In this document: positions 63,863 to 64,000 of the stretch, in pieces | Layout: every line of letters starts with the position of its first letter | How positions within the stretch are numbered: position 1 is the first letter of the stretch | NCBI GenBank assembly: GCA_043825135.1 | Contig: JBDRSF010000066.1 | Span: 6,355 to 70,354, forward strand | Direction of reading: 5' to 3' | DNA length: 64,000 nucleotides | DNA from: Candidatus Magasanikiibacteriota bacterium | Lineage (GTDB): Bacteria > Patescibacteriota > Patescibacteriia > Magasanikbacterales > UBA922 | Translations under genes and position numbers: made by a program | The notes under the pieces: generated by a model | What the model was told of the DNA's origin: nothing | Database searches by the model: none | Seen by the model: only the letters and a program-made list of their open reading frames with translations

Positions 63863-64000
63863 ATGAAAAGTATCCACCCACAATTTCCCGATCATCATAC
63901 TTCTAACGGCATTTTAAACAAACTTCGTGAAATAGTTTTTGGAATGGAAGATGGTATGGTATCAACACTTGGTGCTATTACTGGTATTGCCGTCGGTTCA
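63863..64000 (+). CDS. VIT1/CCC1 family transporter (5' part, runs off window end)
   Basis: LREIVFGMEDGMVSTLGAITG. Confidence 0.85.
   Translation, partial: MKSIHPQFPDHHTSNGILNKLREIVFGMEDGMVSTLGAITGIAVGS

Overview
AT-rich (~one third GC by eye) bacterial chromosome segment read with the standard code 11. Gene content and style point to a Patescibacteria/CPR (Parcubacteria-like) genome; this is an inference from the short AlaRS, RpoA without alphaCTD, mostly Shine-Dalgarno-less starts, type IV pilus genes, VirD4/TraD-like ATPase, SWIB protein and large Fn3/Gly-rich surface proteins. The window holds translation genes (mnmA, alaS, infA-rpmJ-rpsM-rpsK-rpsD-rpoA-rplQ-rplM-rpsI, fmt, def, cysS, gatC/gatA, tRNA-Gln, tRNA-Ser), dnaX, ligA, folD, envelope glycosylation genes, pilM/pilin/pilD and a small accessory block after tRNA-Gln (toxin-antitoxin pair, ThrRS-editing/methyltransferase fusion, Bro protein). 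Main unexplained signals: (1) a stand-alone, highly structured ~330-nt RNA with its own promoter and terminator at 22.7-23.0 kb; (2) a ~320-nt structured leader in front of a 33-aa lipoprotein; (3) a dense set of palindromic REP-like and tandem 7-9-mer repeat families that nest in one another, sit in frame inside essential enzymes, and in one case still enclose both termini of an internally deleted GIY-YIG nuclease gene; (4) GC-richer, SD-led orphan mini-genes. All assignments come from reading the sequence and recognising motifs; no searches were run.
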